In this document: one piece after another, positions 38,662 to 50,919 of the stretch
Layout of the letters: every line of letters starts with the position of its first letter
Position numbering within the stretch: the stretch's first letter is position 1
DNA from: Squalus acanthias
Taxonomy: Eukaryota
Direction: 5' to 3'
Assembly (NCBI GenBank): GCA_030390025.1
Contig: CM059438.1
Span: 64,668,001-64,732,000, forward strand
DNA: 64,000 nt
Made by a program: the position numbers and the translations under genes
The notes under the pieces: generated by a model
What the model saw: the letters and a program-made list of their open reading frames with translations, nothing else
What the model was told of the DNA's origin: nothing
The model's database searches: none

Positions 38662-39193
38662 ATATCTGCCCCTGTGTGTGAGGAGGCATTAAATGGCCTC
38701 CTAAGCCTTCAATATGGCGAGCAGGAACCGCACGCTCATTACAAGCTGGAAATGCCTTGCCCGACATTTTGGTAATGGTCAAAAAATCGGCGTGCACTGC
38801 CCAGGCTCGAAAAAAGGAGTTAGGCCTTTTGCATGTTTGAGGCCCTCTCTGCAGGATTAGTTTTGTCCTGAGGCAGCCAGCACCAGGAATACCATGTCTA
38901 CTTGTGGCCTTAAAGGGATCACTGCAGGCCACAGCCAACAAGGCAAGGTTCTAAAAAATGCTGACCTGATTGCAGAGCTCGGAGGAACAGGAAGGAGGAT
39001 AACCGTACCTTCCTCACTTACCTGAAGGCCGCTGTGACCCAAGCAGACGCTCGATCTTCTCTCGTGCCTCACCTGCGAGCTGCCTGTTGCTCTTGGTAGC
39101 GCGCCGCCTCAATATAAATGAGGCCTGAGGCCCAATATCGGGCCTCACCATTCAGGCGTAGGGTTTACTGGTCGCTCCCGAATTTCTAGGTCC
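38662..39193 (-). mobile_element. Harbinger-type non-autonomous fragment (family E)
   Basis: Terminus GAATTTCTAGGTCC; homologous to 9488-9630. Confidence 0.55.
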
Positions 39194-39964
39194 ATGTCTT
39201 ATGCATTTACCAGTCAAAATCTTGTGTCGGTGTTATGTGTCTGACATGACTGTGATCAAAATACAACTGATATGACCCTGATTTGACTGTCGGGTCCAAA
39301 GTGACTTTCATGTGGCTGGCTTGTTCTGTAATTGAGAAACATGCCACTCAAACCCTGGTAATTGGAACTCCATCCCTTCATCCGTAAACCTTGTGTGGGT
39401 CGGCTTTCAGTGCTATAAGGTTCACTGAAATCAGCTTTTGAAAAAAAAAAGATACCTGCTGCAAAAATTCAATAAAAAAAAATTCAGAATAGCATTAATT
39501 AGGAAAGAGAATTAATTATGTAGGATTGCTGCAAGCGTCGCAACAAAAATGATTGAGTTTGAAGGACCGAGGGATCCTTCTAACAGTGCCGGAGCGCTTG
39601 ACGTTTATTGAGGGATCTCAGGTTGAATTAAAGTTTCAATTAACATTGACAGTCGGGCTTTCCGAGGGAGACGGGAAACTGTCCATTTGTTATTAGGAAG
39701 ATGAAGGGATCGATTGATAGCATCCAATGGGCAAAGAGATTCGCTGCATCAGGAAATCAAAATCAAAAGTGTGTGAGACACCTTGTTGTGGTTAGAACTG
39801 TGAGGAAGCTTCCAGAATATCAAGAAGTGCTCTTCTGGTTTTGAATATTTGTCCGGAATGCAATGTTTGCTCAGCAAGGCTCCATTTGCTCTTCTGGACT
39901 GTCCTCATTCCTTCACAGTTGAAATTAATATTCGACAACTCTTCTTATGTTTTTGTCTTACAAA

Positions 39965-41055
39965 CCAATCACCTAAAACAGATGATCTGGTCATTTACCT
40001 CATTTCTGTTTGTGGGACCTTGCTGTGCGCAAATTGGCTGCCGAGTTTCCCTACACTACCACAGTGAAAACACTTCAAAGGTGTTTCAGTGGCTGTAAAT
40101 CACTTTGGGGCGTCCTGAGGTTGTGAAAGGCGTTGGGGTAAAAATTCAGTTGGTTGCGCCTCCCGTTAGCGCCTTAAGAGGGCGCTAATGGGGCGCAAAG
40201 CCGCTAACGCCCGGGCGCAGCGATGTTTGCGCCGCTCGGGAACTTAACTTGACATTGTGCGGCGGCGCTAAAACTTACCGCTGCGACCACCTGCGCGCGC
40301 AGATTGTGACGTCATTCCATGGTGCAACGCCCTTGTGGCGCCCCGGAGCGGAAATTGAGTGGCGCCCCCTGCCTTACCGCCTGGCGCTTCCAACGACCAG
40401 AAGACTGGAACGCTATCAATCGCTGTGGGGCTGGGGGGGGCGCTATTTAAAGGGGGCCTCTTCCTGTCTTTTATTGTTGGTGGCATTTTGAACTACGCAT
40501 TCTGAGAGAGAGAGGGAGAGACTTCTGGAGAGATTCAACGTTGTGTGAAGGAGTTTTGGGTACTGAGCAGCACTTTGCAGGTTCATTTTGATTTGCCATT
40601 CCTTGTATCGATTTAGCAGAGACTGTGGGAGCTGCACTCTGAGCTCTTTGCCTGGTACTCTCCATTGTTCTTTCCAGCACATTTGATGTGCAAGTCTCTC
40701 CAGGCCGAGATTCAAGGCTGCAATGAACAGGATGTGGATGGAAAGCAAGATTAACCATCCCTTTAAGAACTGGCCCGTGCCATTGTGTGTGTGTTCCATT
40801 GCTGACTGACATTACATGAGCTTCGCCAGCGCTCTGAGTTAGCGCCTCACTCCTTGGCCTTTGCGCCTTAAGACAGGTGTGCAGCGCCTGATTTAGCGCT
40901 CCACTCACCTCCCGGGGCGGTAAAAGTGAAGTTTCCAGTCAGTGCCGATAATTAGCGGCAGGCGCTAATATTTGCGTCCAGACGATATTTGCGCCCCAAA
41001 TGGGGCGCGACCTAATTTTTACCCCGTTGTATATATGCAAGATTTTTCTTTCTTC
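39965..41055 (+). mobile_element. DeuSINE 3' part, split by MITE A copy 2
   Basis: Deu-domain text cagatgatctggtc...gtgcgcaaattggctgcc; the L2-like tail resumes after 41025. Confidence 0.75.
40135..41025 (-). mobile_element. Harbinger-type MITE family A, copy 2
   Basis: GGGGTAAAAATT...AATTTTTACCCC; TSD GTT; reverse complement of copy 1. Confidence 0.93.
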
Positions 41056-41224
41056 TTTCTATTAGTGTCGAAACAAGCCAAAGCTTTAAAGCTCGAATGA
41101 GAGGAATTGAGATGACCTTGTTTGTTAAAAATGCTAAGACGTGTAAATTCTGTTTGTCTTTGAAAATAAACAGGGCCGACACTCAGCTCCCATTCATCAG
41201 GCTGAAGTCCGCTTTAAAAAAAAA

Positions 41225-44200
41225 AAATTACTTGCATTTGTAGAACCCCTTTTATGGCGTTTCAGCCAATTTGCTCACAGCAAGGTCACACAAACTTACA
41301 GGGGGTTAAATTGAAAACGGGCCCGTTCAAAGTGGTGCAGGCAGCACGCAAAATTCATGCTGCCTGCTCATTATAATGACTGCAGCGCTGAGCTCAGCGC
41401 TAAATGTGCTGCTGATTGGGTCAGTGCTTAACAGGGGGGCCAATATCGGGTGCAGTCTGCTGTCCAATAAAATGTTACCTAGGCTCCCTGCACTTCTTAA
41501 AGGGGAGGTGATTTGATGCAGAATCACCTCATTGTCACTGTAGTTGCAGCAATGTCACACCTCGCTTCTCAGATGCAGCAATGTCACACCTCGCTTCTCA
41601 GATGCAGCACTGGAGGCCTTGGTTCAGGGGGTATACAGAAGAAGACAGGTCCTCTACCCGCAGGGGGGTGGCAGAAGGCCTTCGAGACAGAACGTCAGAA
41701 GGCAGTGGGAAGAGCTAGCGCGAGCCGTCAGTGCCACCAGTGTTGCCAACAGGACCTGAATGCAGTGCCACAAGAAGTTTAATGACCTGACACGAGTGGT
41801 CAAGGTGAGTGAATGCATCTTGAAATGCCATATCCCACCAACTGCACCACTAGCCTCACACACTGCTCAATGCACCCCACCCCCATCACTCACCTACCAA
41901 CAATCTCTAGCAATCACGAGTCATACCTTGCAATCATAGTTTCACCTCACGCTCACACAATTACCATTGCTGCAAACCTCACATCCACATCTCATACCTT
42001 GCACACAACACCAGCTATTCAACCATGACAGGCACATCACCCAAACACATTGCACCACACTCACTGACACACTTCCCTTTCTCTTGCAGGCCAAGGTGGT
42101 TCACAACCAGCATGAGCAGCATCAGGCAGGCGGGGGTGAAGCAGTTCTACAAAACCTTACTGCACTGGAGGAGACTGTACTGGAGATAATTGGAGGGGCC
42201 ATCACTGAGGCCACGGCGAGCGATGAGGTTGAAAGCATTGATGATGACGATATGCTCATACCTAATCTTTCTTCTCACATCCCATTTTCCCTCATCCCAC
42301 AATCTCTTCTCACTTGCAAGCTGCTGGTGTTGTAAGCATGCACATCTTGCTTTCCCCCCATCCCCTCATCACAACCGATCCTTGTGCCTTTCTCCTTTCA
42401 GATATCCAAGAACTGCCAGCAGCCCAGCCAGTGCACGAACAACTAAAGGAGGCAAGTGATGGAGAAGAAGAGACATCGTCACTCGATCTGACACTCCCAG
42501 GCACCAGCTCAGAAAATGGCACTGCGTGAACTTTAGAGGGTAGTATAGAGGCGGGATCTGCACGTGGTGAGTCACTGGGCACGAGTGGGCTGCAGTCAGT
42601 CCAGGGGGAAAGGATAGCTCAGGTGCCAGCTCTCTGGAGGGCGTGTTCGCACACAAGTTTTGCTGCACAGGACTCAGACGAGCACTTTGATGGGGCGGCC
42701 TACAGAAGAAGGGTGATGGGCATGCACTCAGAAATGATTGGTGCAATGGCAGGCCTGCCAGAGAGCCTCTTGTCAGTGTCAAGGAGCATGGAGCAGTCCG
42801 GCTTCAACGTTGCGCAGAGCTTGGAGCCCATGATTTCCAGACTGCAAGTGATGGGCAACTTCATTAGAGCACTTGTGGACCCAACCCTGATGCTGGGTAT
42901 GATGGGCAATGTCGCAGCTACCACGTGTGTGCAGTCGATGGCACCCTGCACCATGGGGAAGCCCGCTATCCTGGCAAAGTCACATTAGCGCTCCTCCTGC
43001 TTCTCTCTCTTCAGAGAGACAATGAAGTCCCTTCTCCTGGAGTACAGAGCTTCTGTGACCTCCCGGATGCAGCAATGGACAGCGAGCTGGGGGATGTTAG
43101 ATATGTCACCTGCTCCAGACTGGAAGGATCTGATGGCAGAAAAATTCAGGGCCACGGTCACCTTTAGGGCTGCTGGCAGTGCGTGGTCGCCCTGCTCTGA
43201 GGCTGCAGGTCTGGTTCCAAGAGGTGGCAGAGTTCTGTGATCGCCTCCTTGGTGAAGCGGAGCTTCCAGATACACTGCTCCTGGCTTAAGTGCAGGTAGG
43301 AGAAGTGCTCTCGGAAGACCCTAGGTGCGTAAGGCCTCCTGCTGAGAGCCCTCCTACCCCTCCTTCTTCTCCCTCTGTGAGCAGCTTGTCCTCTTCTTTG
43401 CTGCCTCTGCCCCATCTCCCTGTCATGCTGCAGTGTGAGGGGGACTGCAAGTAAAGCCCCCATGACTGGGAGCAAATGGTCTGACCAGAACCCTTGAATT
43501 CAGAGGCCAGGCCTTCTCCCCTTGCGGCACCACTCCCTGTCACCACACCAACTTTAAATAACTCGAGTAAGCTCCAAACAGTTCCACAAACCTACACAGA
43601 GCCAGTAGAAATCAAAAAGCAAGTCACCTGAAAGTTGTTGATGATCCCTTTAAATACCGTTGGTGGGGGGACCCTCGTGCAGCGAACGCACGTTCACCTG
43701 TGCGTGCTTTGGAGAGGGTGTGCAGTCGAGCGGCGACATCCAAAATAGCAGGTCATGCGTCGAATCAGCATTGCACGCTGATTGACGTCACAATCTGCCT
43801 CATTTGCATTCTTCTGCCGAATGCATGCAACGGCCGCGCTACCGATCTGCCCAAAATGGCGCCCAACCTGGTCCACGCCGGAAGCGAGGCAGCCGCCATT
43901 TTTTTGCCAAAACCGGCCTTAAATGGCGGCGCTAAGAGGGGGAGTTTTGCAGCCACAGTATTTGAACGACCAGACAATCTGTTTTTAATGATATTGGTTG
44001 CGGGATAAATATTTTCCAGGACACCAGGGAGAACTCCCCTGCTCTTCTATCAAAGTAGTGCCATGGGATCTTTAACGTCCACATGAGAGGGCAGAAGGGG
44101 CCTCAATTTAACATCTCATCAGAAAGACAGCACCTCTGACAGTGTAGAACTCCTTCGGTGCTGCGGTGAAGTGTCGGCTTAGATTTTGCGCTCAAGTCTC

Positions 44201-44257
44201 TGGAGTGGAACTTGAACCCACAATCTGGTGTGCTACCACTGAACCATGGCTGACACC
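41225..44257 (-). mobile_element. DeuSINE split by Harbinger 41301-43954
   Basis: Segments 41225-41300 and 43955-44257 join into a sequence colinear with 44931-45400. Confidence 0.75.
41301..43954. mobile_element. Internally deleted Harbinger: Myb gene 5' part on + joined at ~42920 to transposase 5' part on - (ATG at ~43463)
   Basis: PRFSDAALEALVQGV...QWEELARAVS; RRPYAPRVFREHFSYL, LRFTKEAI, GFPMVQGAIDCTHV. TSD ACA at 41298-41300 and 43955-43957. Confidence 0.85.
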
Positions 44258-44930
44258 AATCTCGAGGGCCACTTGAAGCTGTCTGCTCTCTCTGGCTCGG
44301 TCACTGCGTTAAGTGTAGCAAAAAGTGGCTCCATTTCATGGAAGAGAAAGAAAAATCAGCAGGTGGAATTATTCAGACTCAAAGCATGAATTCTGTCAAA
44401 ATCGGACAGAGCTACCTTAACGGCAGCAGTGGAAAAATCCACAACTCTGAGGTTAACAAAGAGGGGATGACAAACGGAGATGAAATGAGCGGCGTGGAAG
44501 TCAGCATGGTGCGGAGTTGAAAGACGAGGCTAAAGGTTTGTGAAAGCGCAACAAGGAATAGTGTGAATGTTCTCACTTCTGAACAGGAAATGTAATCAAA
44601 AATCCTGAAAGGCTGTTATTTCAAGATGAACTGAAGCCCTCCAGGCAAATAAGTGTTGGTTCATATTTTAAAACAGGGAAAAGTGCCATTTTCTTTCCTG
44701 ATGGGATTCGATTCTCAAACAGCAGCACCAGTTGTTGGCAAGGTGGCAGCCTTCATTGTTACTTGTCTCCTGACGCTGGCACACAGCAAGCGACATCAGA
44801 AAGGGTCTGAAATTTCAATGAGAAAGATTTAGTACGGGAATGATTGAGATGACTAAGACGTGTTAATGAGATTCGCTACGTATTTGCATCTGTGTGAAAA
44901 ATGGCCAGTGTACAAGTACTTAGCATGAAA

Positions 44931-45400
44931 AAAAGAAAGACTTGCATTTATATAGCGCCTTTCACGACCACTGGACGGGAAAGCGCTTTACAGCCAATGA
45001 AGTACTTTTTGAAGTGGAGTCACTGTTGTAATGTCGGAAGTGCAGCAGCCAATTTGAACACAGCAAGCTCCCACAAATAGCAATGTGATAATGACCAGAT
45101 AATCTGTTTTTAGTGATGTTGATTGAGGGATAAATATTGGCCCAGGACACCGGGGATAATTCCCCTGCTCTTCTGTCGAAATAGGGCCATGGGATCTTTT
45201 AAGTCCATCTTCAAGAGCAGACAGGGCCTCGGTTTAACGTCTCATCTGAAAGACGGCACCTCCAACAGTGCAGCACTCCCTCAGCACTGCCCTGGAGTGT
45301 CAGTCTAGATTCTTGTGCTCACGTCTCTGGAGTGGGACTTGACCCCACAACCCTTTCTGACTCAGAGGTGAGGGTGCAACCCACTGAGCCACAGCAGACA
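44931..45400 (-). mobile_element. Full-length DeuSINE (SacSINE1-like): tRNA head, Deu domain, L2-type tail
   Basis: Minus strand has A box TGGCTCAGTGG, B box GGTCAAGTCC, an AmnSINE1-like Deu domain and tail aaaggcgctatataaatgcaag. Confidence 0.8.
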
Positions 45401-47369
45401 CAGCAGGTATGAAACTGTTCTGTCAGAATTATAATCTGCATTCACCTGCACCGATCATATGGGCCATAGTGAATGTCTGTTGATTTGTCAAATTTTGCCT
45501 GATAACATTCCTGTGAAGCACCTTGGGAAGTTTTACTACTTTCAAGGTGCTATATAAATGAAAGATGTTGTTGTTGTTGATTTGTTAACACCTCAGATCC
45601 CCTCAGAAACTGGCATTTTCACTGCCCCGGGATCTTTTATACAGAACTGTTATATTCAGGCACCATATTATGCTACATGCATTCAGTGTCAAAACTTGCA
45701 GCATTTGTTGCTGGATATTGCATAGCACAAATCACTTGTTTTACCATAAAGTGTTTCTTCTACCAATTGTCAATGGTACCAGTGCCTTTGCCATTCAGGG
45801 GTGTCCCTTATCTGGTTGTGGGCAGTCTGTAAATCAGACACCAAGATTAATTTTTCTTCCTATTTGCTTTTGTGGCCAAGTGATGTGAAAGTCATAGAGC
45901 CATAGAGCTATTAATTATTAAAGTTTTCATTTTTTAAATCCATTCTCTGGATACGGGCGTCGCTGGTAAGGCCGGCATTTATTGCCCATCCTAGTTGCTG
46001 TGAGATGGCGGTGGTAATCCGCCTTCTTGAATTGCTGCAGGATTGCAGCATTTTGATACAACCGTACCCCTCTGTGTTGGCTGAGACAGAGTGGCGGGAC
46101 TGAGTTTGGTGAAACACGACACAAATATGGCTGGCTGACTTAAATGCCAAATGTCTCTAACTTGTATACTCAACCACAGAATTGTGAAGGTAACATCTTC
46201 ACCATTGCAGCGTTACAACAGTGACTACACTTCAAAAGTATTTCACTGGCTGTAACGCGCTTTTGGGATGTCCTGAGGCCAGGAAAGGCGCTATATAAAT
46301 GCAAGATCTCTCTTTTTTATTTAAATCGTCAACATGCGTTGATGTTGCTGTAATATGTTGACTCCCTCTCCAATTAAAATGCCACAAAACCGTTCAACAG
46401 CCGCCTGGTAGAGTTTATCATTACGTTGAGGAATGCTTGCCACATTACATTGACAATTCTCAAACAACACAATAGCTTGACAACGTTGGGCTCTGTCAGC
46501 TCTTAGTTATCAGATTATGTTTGAAATGAGGCTGTAAAGTGAATCCAGCGAAGTTATGAAAAGAAACAACATCAGTCCACACCTGCTTGAGTGTCATCTG
46601 TGGTAATATTAAAACACTCTGTTCAATTAAGCCCAGTGCTAGTATCTCTTGGAAAGACACTTGGACAAATCTCCTCGGAGCTTCACCTGCTCCACCAAAT
46701 CCCTAGAGTGAGACTTGGACCCACAATCCTTCTGACTCAGGGGCAAGACTGCTACTACCGAGCCATGGCTGAGTATAAGTAGAAGGATTTCTATACTCCA
46801 CATAACCCTCTTCGCCCCACCCGCCTCTCTAGTTTACACTACATCTATGTTTCAATCTCTGGAGATGGGCCGGGGCAACGGGCTGTGACTTAGTGGTGCA
46901 TCATGGGGCAATCGCCTAGTGAAAGCAGGTCAAGAGCGGACTACACCAGATTAAATAGTTTCTCTGTATTTACCCTATCAAATTCTTCTATCATTTTAAA
47001 TACCTTGATTAGATCACCCTCAACCTTCTGGACTCAAAGGAATACAAGCAGATGGCTAGAAATTCATTGTAGCCAAGAAATGGGCTGTGTTTCGACTAAA
47101 AAAGATTAAGCTGCACCACTCGAACATCATCTAGGATTCACGCAAAATTTGTGCTTATTCCTCCATAAAATGATTGTAGTCATGATTCTAGTCGAAAAAC
47201 TCGAGCTTATTGGCATTACACTGAAAAGCTGGACCAATATCGGGGGCAGTCTAATTGCAAGTCATGATTGCCACAGGCTTTTTCCATTACTTAAAGGGGA
47301 GGTTCATTCATGCTGCAGCAGCTCATTGTCAGGATTGTTGGATCTGCAGCAGCCCCAACAGTAAAGCAG

Positions 47370-49220
47370 GCAGCAGTCAGAAGACAGAGGGAGAGAGCCC
47401 GTAGCTTCTCCGATGAAAGCATTGGTGTTCGCGGTGGAGATGAGGTGGGCGGTCCTATACCCGCCAACTGGCAGGAGGCCCATGCCACAAGTCAGCTGCA
47501 CCAGGTGGAGGGATATAGCAGACCACGTCATGGGCAGCACTGTGATCCCCAAGACCCACACCCAGTGCAGGAAGAAGTTTAACAACCTCACACGGGTGGT
47601 CAGGATGAGTGAAGGCTTCAGCAAATGCCACATACCACCATGTGCACCACACAACTTCACACATTGCTCAATGCACCACACCCACAGCACTCACCCACCA
47701 ACAATCTCTACCTATCAACACTCACACTCACACCTCACACCTTGCACACAATGACAGCTATTCAACTATGGCAGGCACATCACCCAAACACATTACTCCA
47801 CACTCACTGACACACTTCCCTTGCTCTTGCAGGCCAAGGTCATTCACAATCGCCGGGAGCAGGAACGGACAGGCAGAGGCCAGGCCAACATGGAAGAGCT
47901 GAGCCAGCTGGAGAGTCGAGTGCTGGAGATCATTGGGCGCCAGGTCATTGGCAAAGTGGCCACCGGTGACGTTGACCCCCTTGGGGACAACAACAGTATG
48001 TTCATTCCTAATCCTTCTTCTCACATCCCACTTCCCCCTCAGCCCACAATCTTTTCTCACTTTCAAACTACTCATGCTTTATGCATGCATTTCTGGCTTC
48101 CCCGCCGCCCCCCTCACCTCACCATAACCTGACTCTTGTGCCTTTCATATTTCAGATAATCAGCAAGCACCCGAGCAGCCTGCCCCGAGGGCAGCGCTAA
48201 GTGTGAGGGGGGAGAAGAGGACGAGGAAGAAGACACCGTGTCACTGCATCTCTCACTTGCAAACACCAGCTCAGATACTGGCACCACACGTTCTGTAGAG
48301 GCTAGTGCAGTAGCGGGATCTGCACAGGCTAAGGCACCATGCACAAGTGGGCTGCAACAAGGCCAGGGGGAAAGGGTAGCTCGAGGGCCAGCTCCCCGGA
48401 GAGTGAGTTCTGCTGCACAGGACTTAGATGAGGACCTCGATGGGGAAGCCTTTAGAAGAAGGGTGATTGGCATGCACACGGAAATGATAGGTGCAATGGC
48501 AAGGCTGCCAGAGAGCCTGTAAGCAATGGCAAGGAGCGTGGAGGAGTCCGTCTCCAACATTGCACGGGGCTCTGCGCACACCATGGAGCCCATGATTTCC
48601 AGTCTGGAAATGATGGTGCACTCCCAGAGAAACCGTGGCGACCCAGACCTGATGGCGCTCATGATGAGCGATGTCACAGCTTCTATTGCAACACAGTCGG
48701 AAGTGACCCAACGTCTTAATGCTGCAGCGGAAGCTCAAACTGCTCTCATGCAGTCTCGGCTTGAAGACTCCCAAGCTCAGACTGCTGCCATCGTGGCTGG
48801 GTTTACCACTGTCGACCGGGGCTTGCAGGTTGTCGCAGCAGCTCAGCAATTTGTGCTCCAACAGATTGCTAGGAATGCTGAGGCCCCGCCCCGGGTGAGT
48901 GGCAGTGGGTCAGTGGAGCAGGAACCTGCTGTCCTCTCAGGATGACAGCGTTCCTACTCCCACCACTGCCATTCCTCCATTGCCTTTGTCGCTGTGTCAG
49001 CCAGCCAGCCCAGACTGCTGCCACCCATGCCGAGGTGGTGCAGTCTAGAGCCGGGCCATCTAAGTCCACAGCTGATCGAGGGCGTCCTGCAAAGCCATCT
49101 GAAGTGTCCCGCATGGAAACTCAGCAGCCTTCCACCAGTCATGCTGCAGACACTGGGGGAGCACTTCGTAGGAGCACTAGATCGGGAAAGGACACACGAT
49201 AGACAGACACTAAGGGATTG
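47370..49220 (+). pseudogene. Harbinger Myb/SANT-like protein gene (exons ~47370-47604, 47833-47995, 48156-~49220)
   Basis: RERARSFSDE...RWRDIADHV...TQCRKKFNNLTRVVR; AKVIHNRREQERTGRG...LSQLESRVLEIIG; helical C-terminal exon. Stops, frameshifts and a mutated first donor. Confidence 0.82.
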
Positions 49221-49421
49221 CACAAGGGTGATTAGTTAATAGAATTCATATGAATATGTGTGATATGATTATAGATAAATTTATTAATTGTGTTTGGGAT
49301 CTTTTGTGGTGTCTCTCATTTCAGCTTTGTGCCCAGGAGGATGCTGTGATATGGCGTGAGACAGGGATTGTATGATGGGGATGTGGTGAGCTACAGAAAT
49401 CTGGGGTTTCATTCATGCGAA

Positions 49422-50919
49422 TCAGAGTCTGATGAGCCGGTCATGGACAGCCCATCCTGAAGGCCGATTCTCTGCCTGCCTCCTCTTGCCCTCCTGTTCC
49501 TGTTCCTCATCCTCCTCCTTCTCCTCCTCCTCCTTGCCCTCCTCTCCCTCGTCCTCCTCCTGAGGTGGTCCCGCAATCCCTGCTGGCAAGGGCTGGGCCC
49601 TCATGATGGCCAAGTTGTGGAGCTTACAGCAGACCACCACGAAATGGGACACCCAATCAGCCGAGTACTAGAGGCCACAACCCAAACGGACAAGGCAGTG
49701 GAACCGTTGCTTCAGTAGACCGATGCTCTGCTCGATGATGTTCCTGGTGACAGCATGGCTCTTATTATATGAATGCTGGACACAAGTGTTGGGGTTGCGG
49801 AGGGGAATCATGAGCAAGTTGGAGAGTGGATAGCCCTTGTCTCCGAGCAGCCACCCTCGAGCTTGTCGTGGCGGCTGGAGGAGTGCTGGTACATCGGTCT
49901 GATGCAGAATGAAGGCATCGTGTCTGCTGCCTGGATAGCGAGCATTGACATTGAGGATTCGCTGTGTGTGGTCACCAACTGCACATTAACTGAGTGGTAG
50001 CCTTTGCGGTTACAGAAGGTCTCAGGATTGTTATGCAGTGCCCGCAAAGCCACGTAGGTGCAGTCAATGGTGCCCTACACCATGGGGAAGCCTGCTATCC
50101 TGGCAAAGCCACATGCACATTTGTCCTACTTCTCTCTGGTTTTTGGGAAGCCAATGTAATCCCTTCTCCTGGTGTAGAGAGCCTCTGTAACCTCCCCGGT
50201 GCAGCGATGGACGGAGAACTGTGAGAAGGCAACACGGTGGCATAGTGGTTAGCACTGTTGCCTCACAGCGCCAGGGACCCGGGTTCGAATCCGGCCTCGG
50301 TTGACTGTCTGTGTGGAGTTTGCACATTCTCCCCGTGTCTGCGTGGGTTTCCTCCGGGTGCTCCGGTTTCCTCCCACAGTCCAAAGATGTGCGGGTTAGG
50401 TTGATTTGGCTATGATAAATTGAACCTTAGTGTTAGGGGGGTAAATACGTGGGGTTACGGGGATAGGGTGGGATATGTGTTGGTGCAGGCTCGATGGGCC
50501 GAAATGGCCTCTATCTGCACTGTGGGGATTCTGTGATTCTGTGATTCTGTGATGTTAGCTCTGTCTCCTGCTGCAGTCTGGAAAGATTCGCTGGTGAAGA
50601 AATTGAGGGCCACGATGACTTTGACTGCCACTGGGAGAGCCGTGGTCCCCCTGGTCTGAGGCTGGAGTTCTGGTTGCAGGAGGTGGCAGAGTTCTGTGAC
50701 CAAATCCTTGATGAAGCGAAGCCTCCTAATACACTGCTCCTTGCTTAATTGAAGGTAGGAGAAGTGCTGTCGGAAGACCCTAGTTGGGTAAGGCCTCCTG
50801 TTGAGAGCCCTGATGGCCCTCCTCTTCCCTCTGGCCACATGTTCCAATCTTTCTCGCGGCCTCCACTCCCTCCGCCGTAGATCCTGGAGGACGAGATCGA
50901 CTGCCTGTACAGCCCCCAT
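49422..50919 (-). pseudogene. HARBI1-like DDE transposase, disrupted by a SINE and frameshifts
   Basis: LRFIKDLV, ALPVAVKVIVALNFF, GTIDCTYV, NRKGYHSVNVQLV, PGSRHDAFIL, GWLLGDKGYPL, RNIIEQSIGLLKQRF, CCKLHNLA and an acidic tail. Confidence 0.92.
50228..50552 (+). mobile_element. HE1-like V-SINE (tRNA head, V domain, CR1-type tail)
   Basis: A box TGGCATAGTGG, B box GGTTCGAATCC, V domain gtggagtttgcacattctccccgtgtctgcgtgggtttcctccggg, and an (ATTCTGTG)n tail. Confidence 0.88.

Noticed and set aside
39500..39800. Possible conserved non-coding element
   Set aside because: This cannot be judged without cross-species alignment.
44338..44520. 60-aa ATG-initiated ORF between SINEs
   Set aside because: Too short, with no domain or supporting gene structure.
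50228..50300. tRNA-like sequence
   Set aside because: It is the SINE head and continues into the V domain and CR1 tail, so it is not a tRNA gene.
49422..50919. Possible domesticated HARBI1 host gene or NAIF1/MSANTD partner
   Set aside because: It lies within TIRs and has frameshifts and a SINE insertion, so it is a dead transposon copy.
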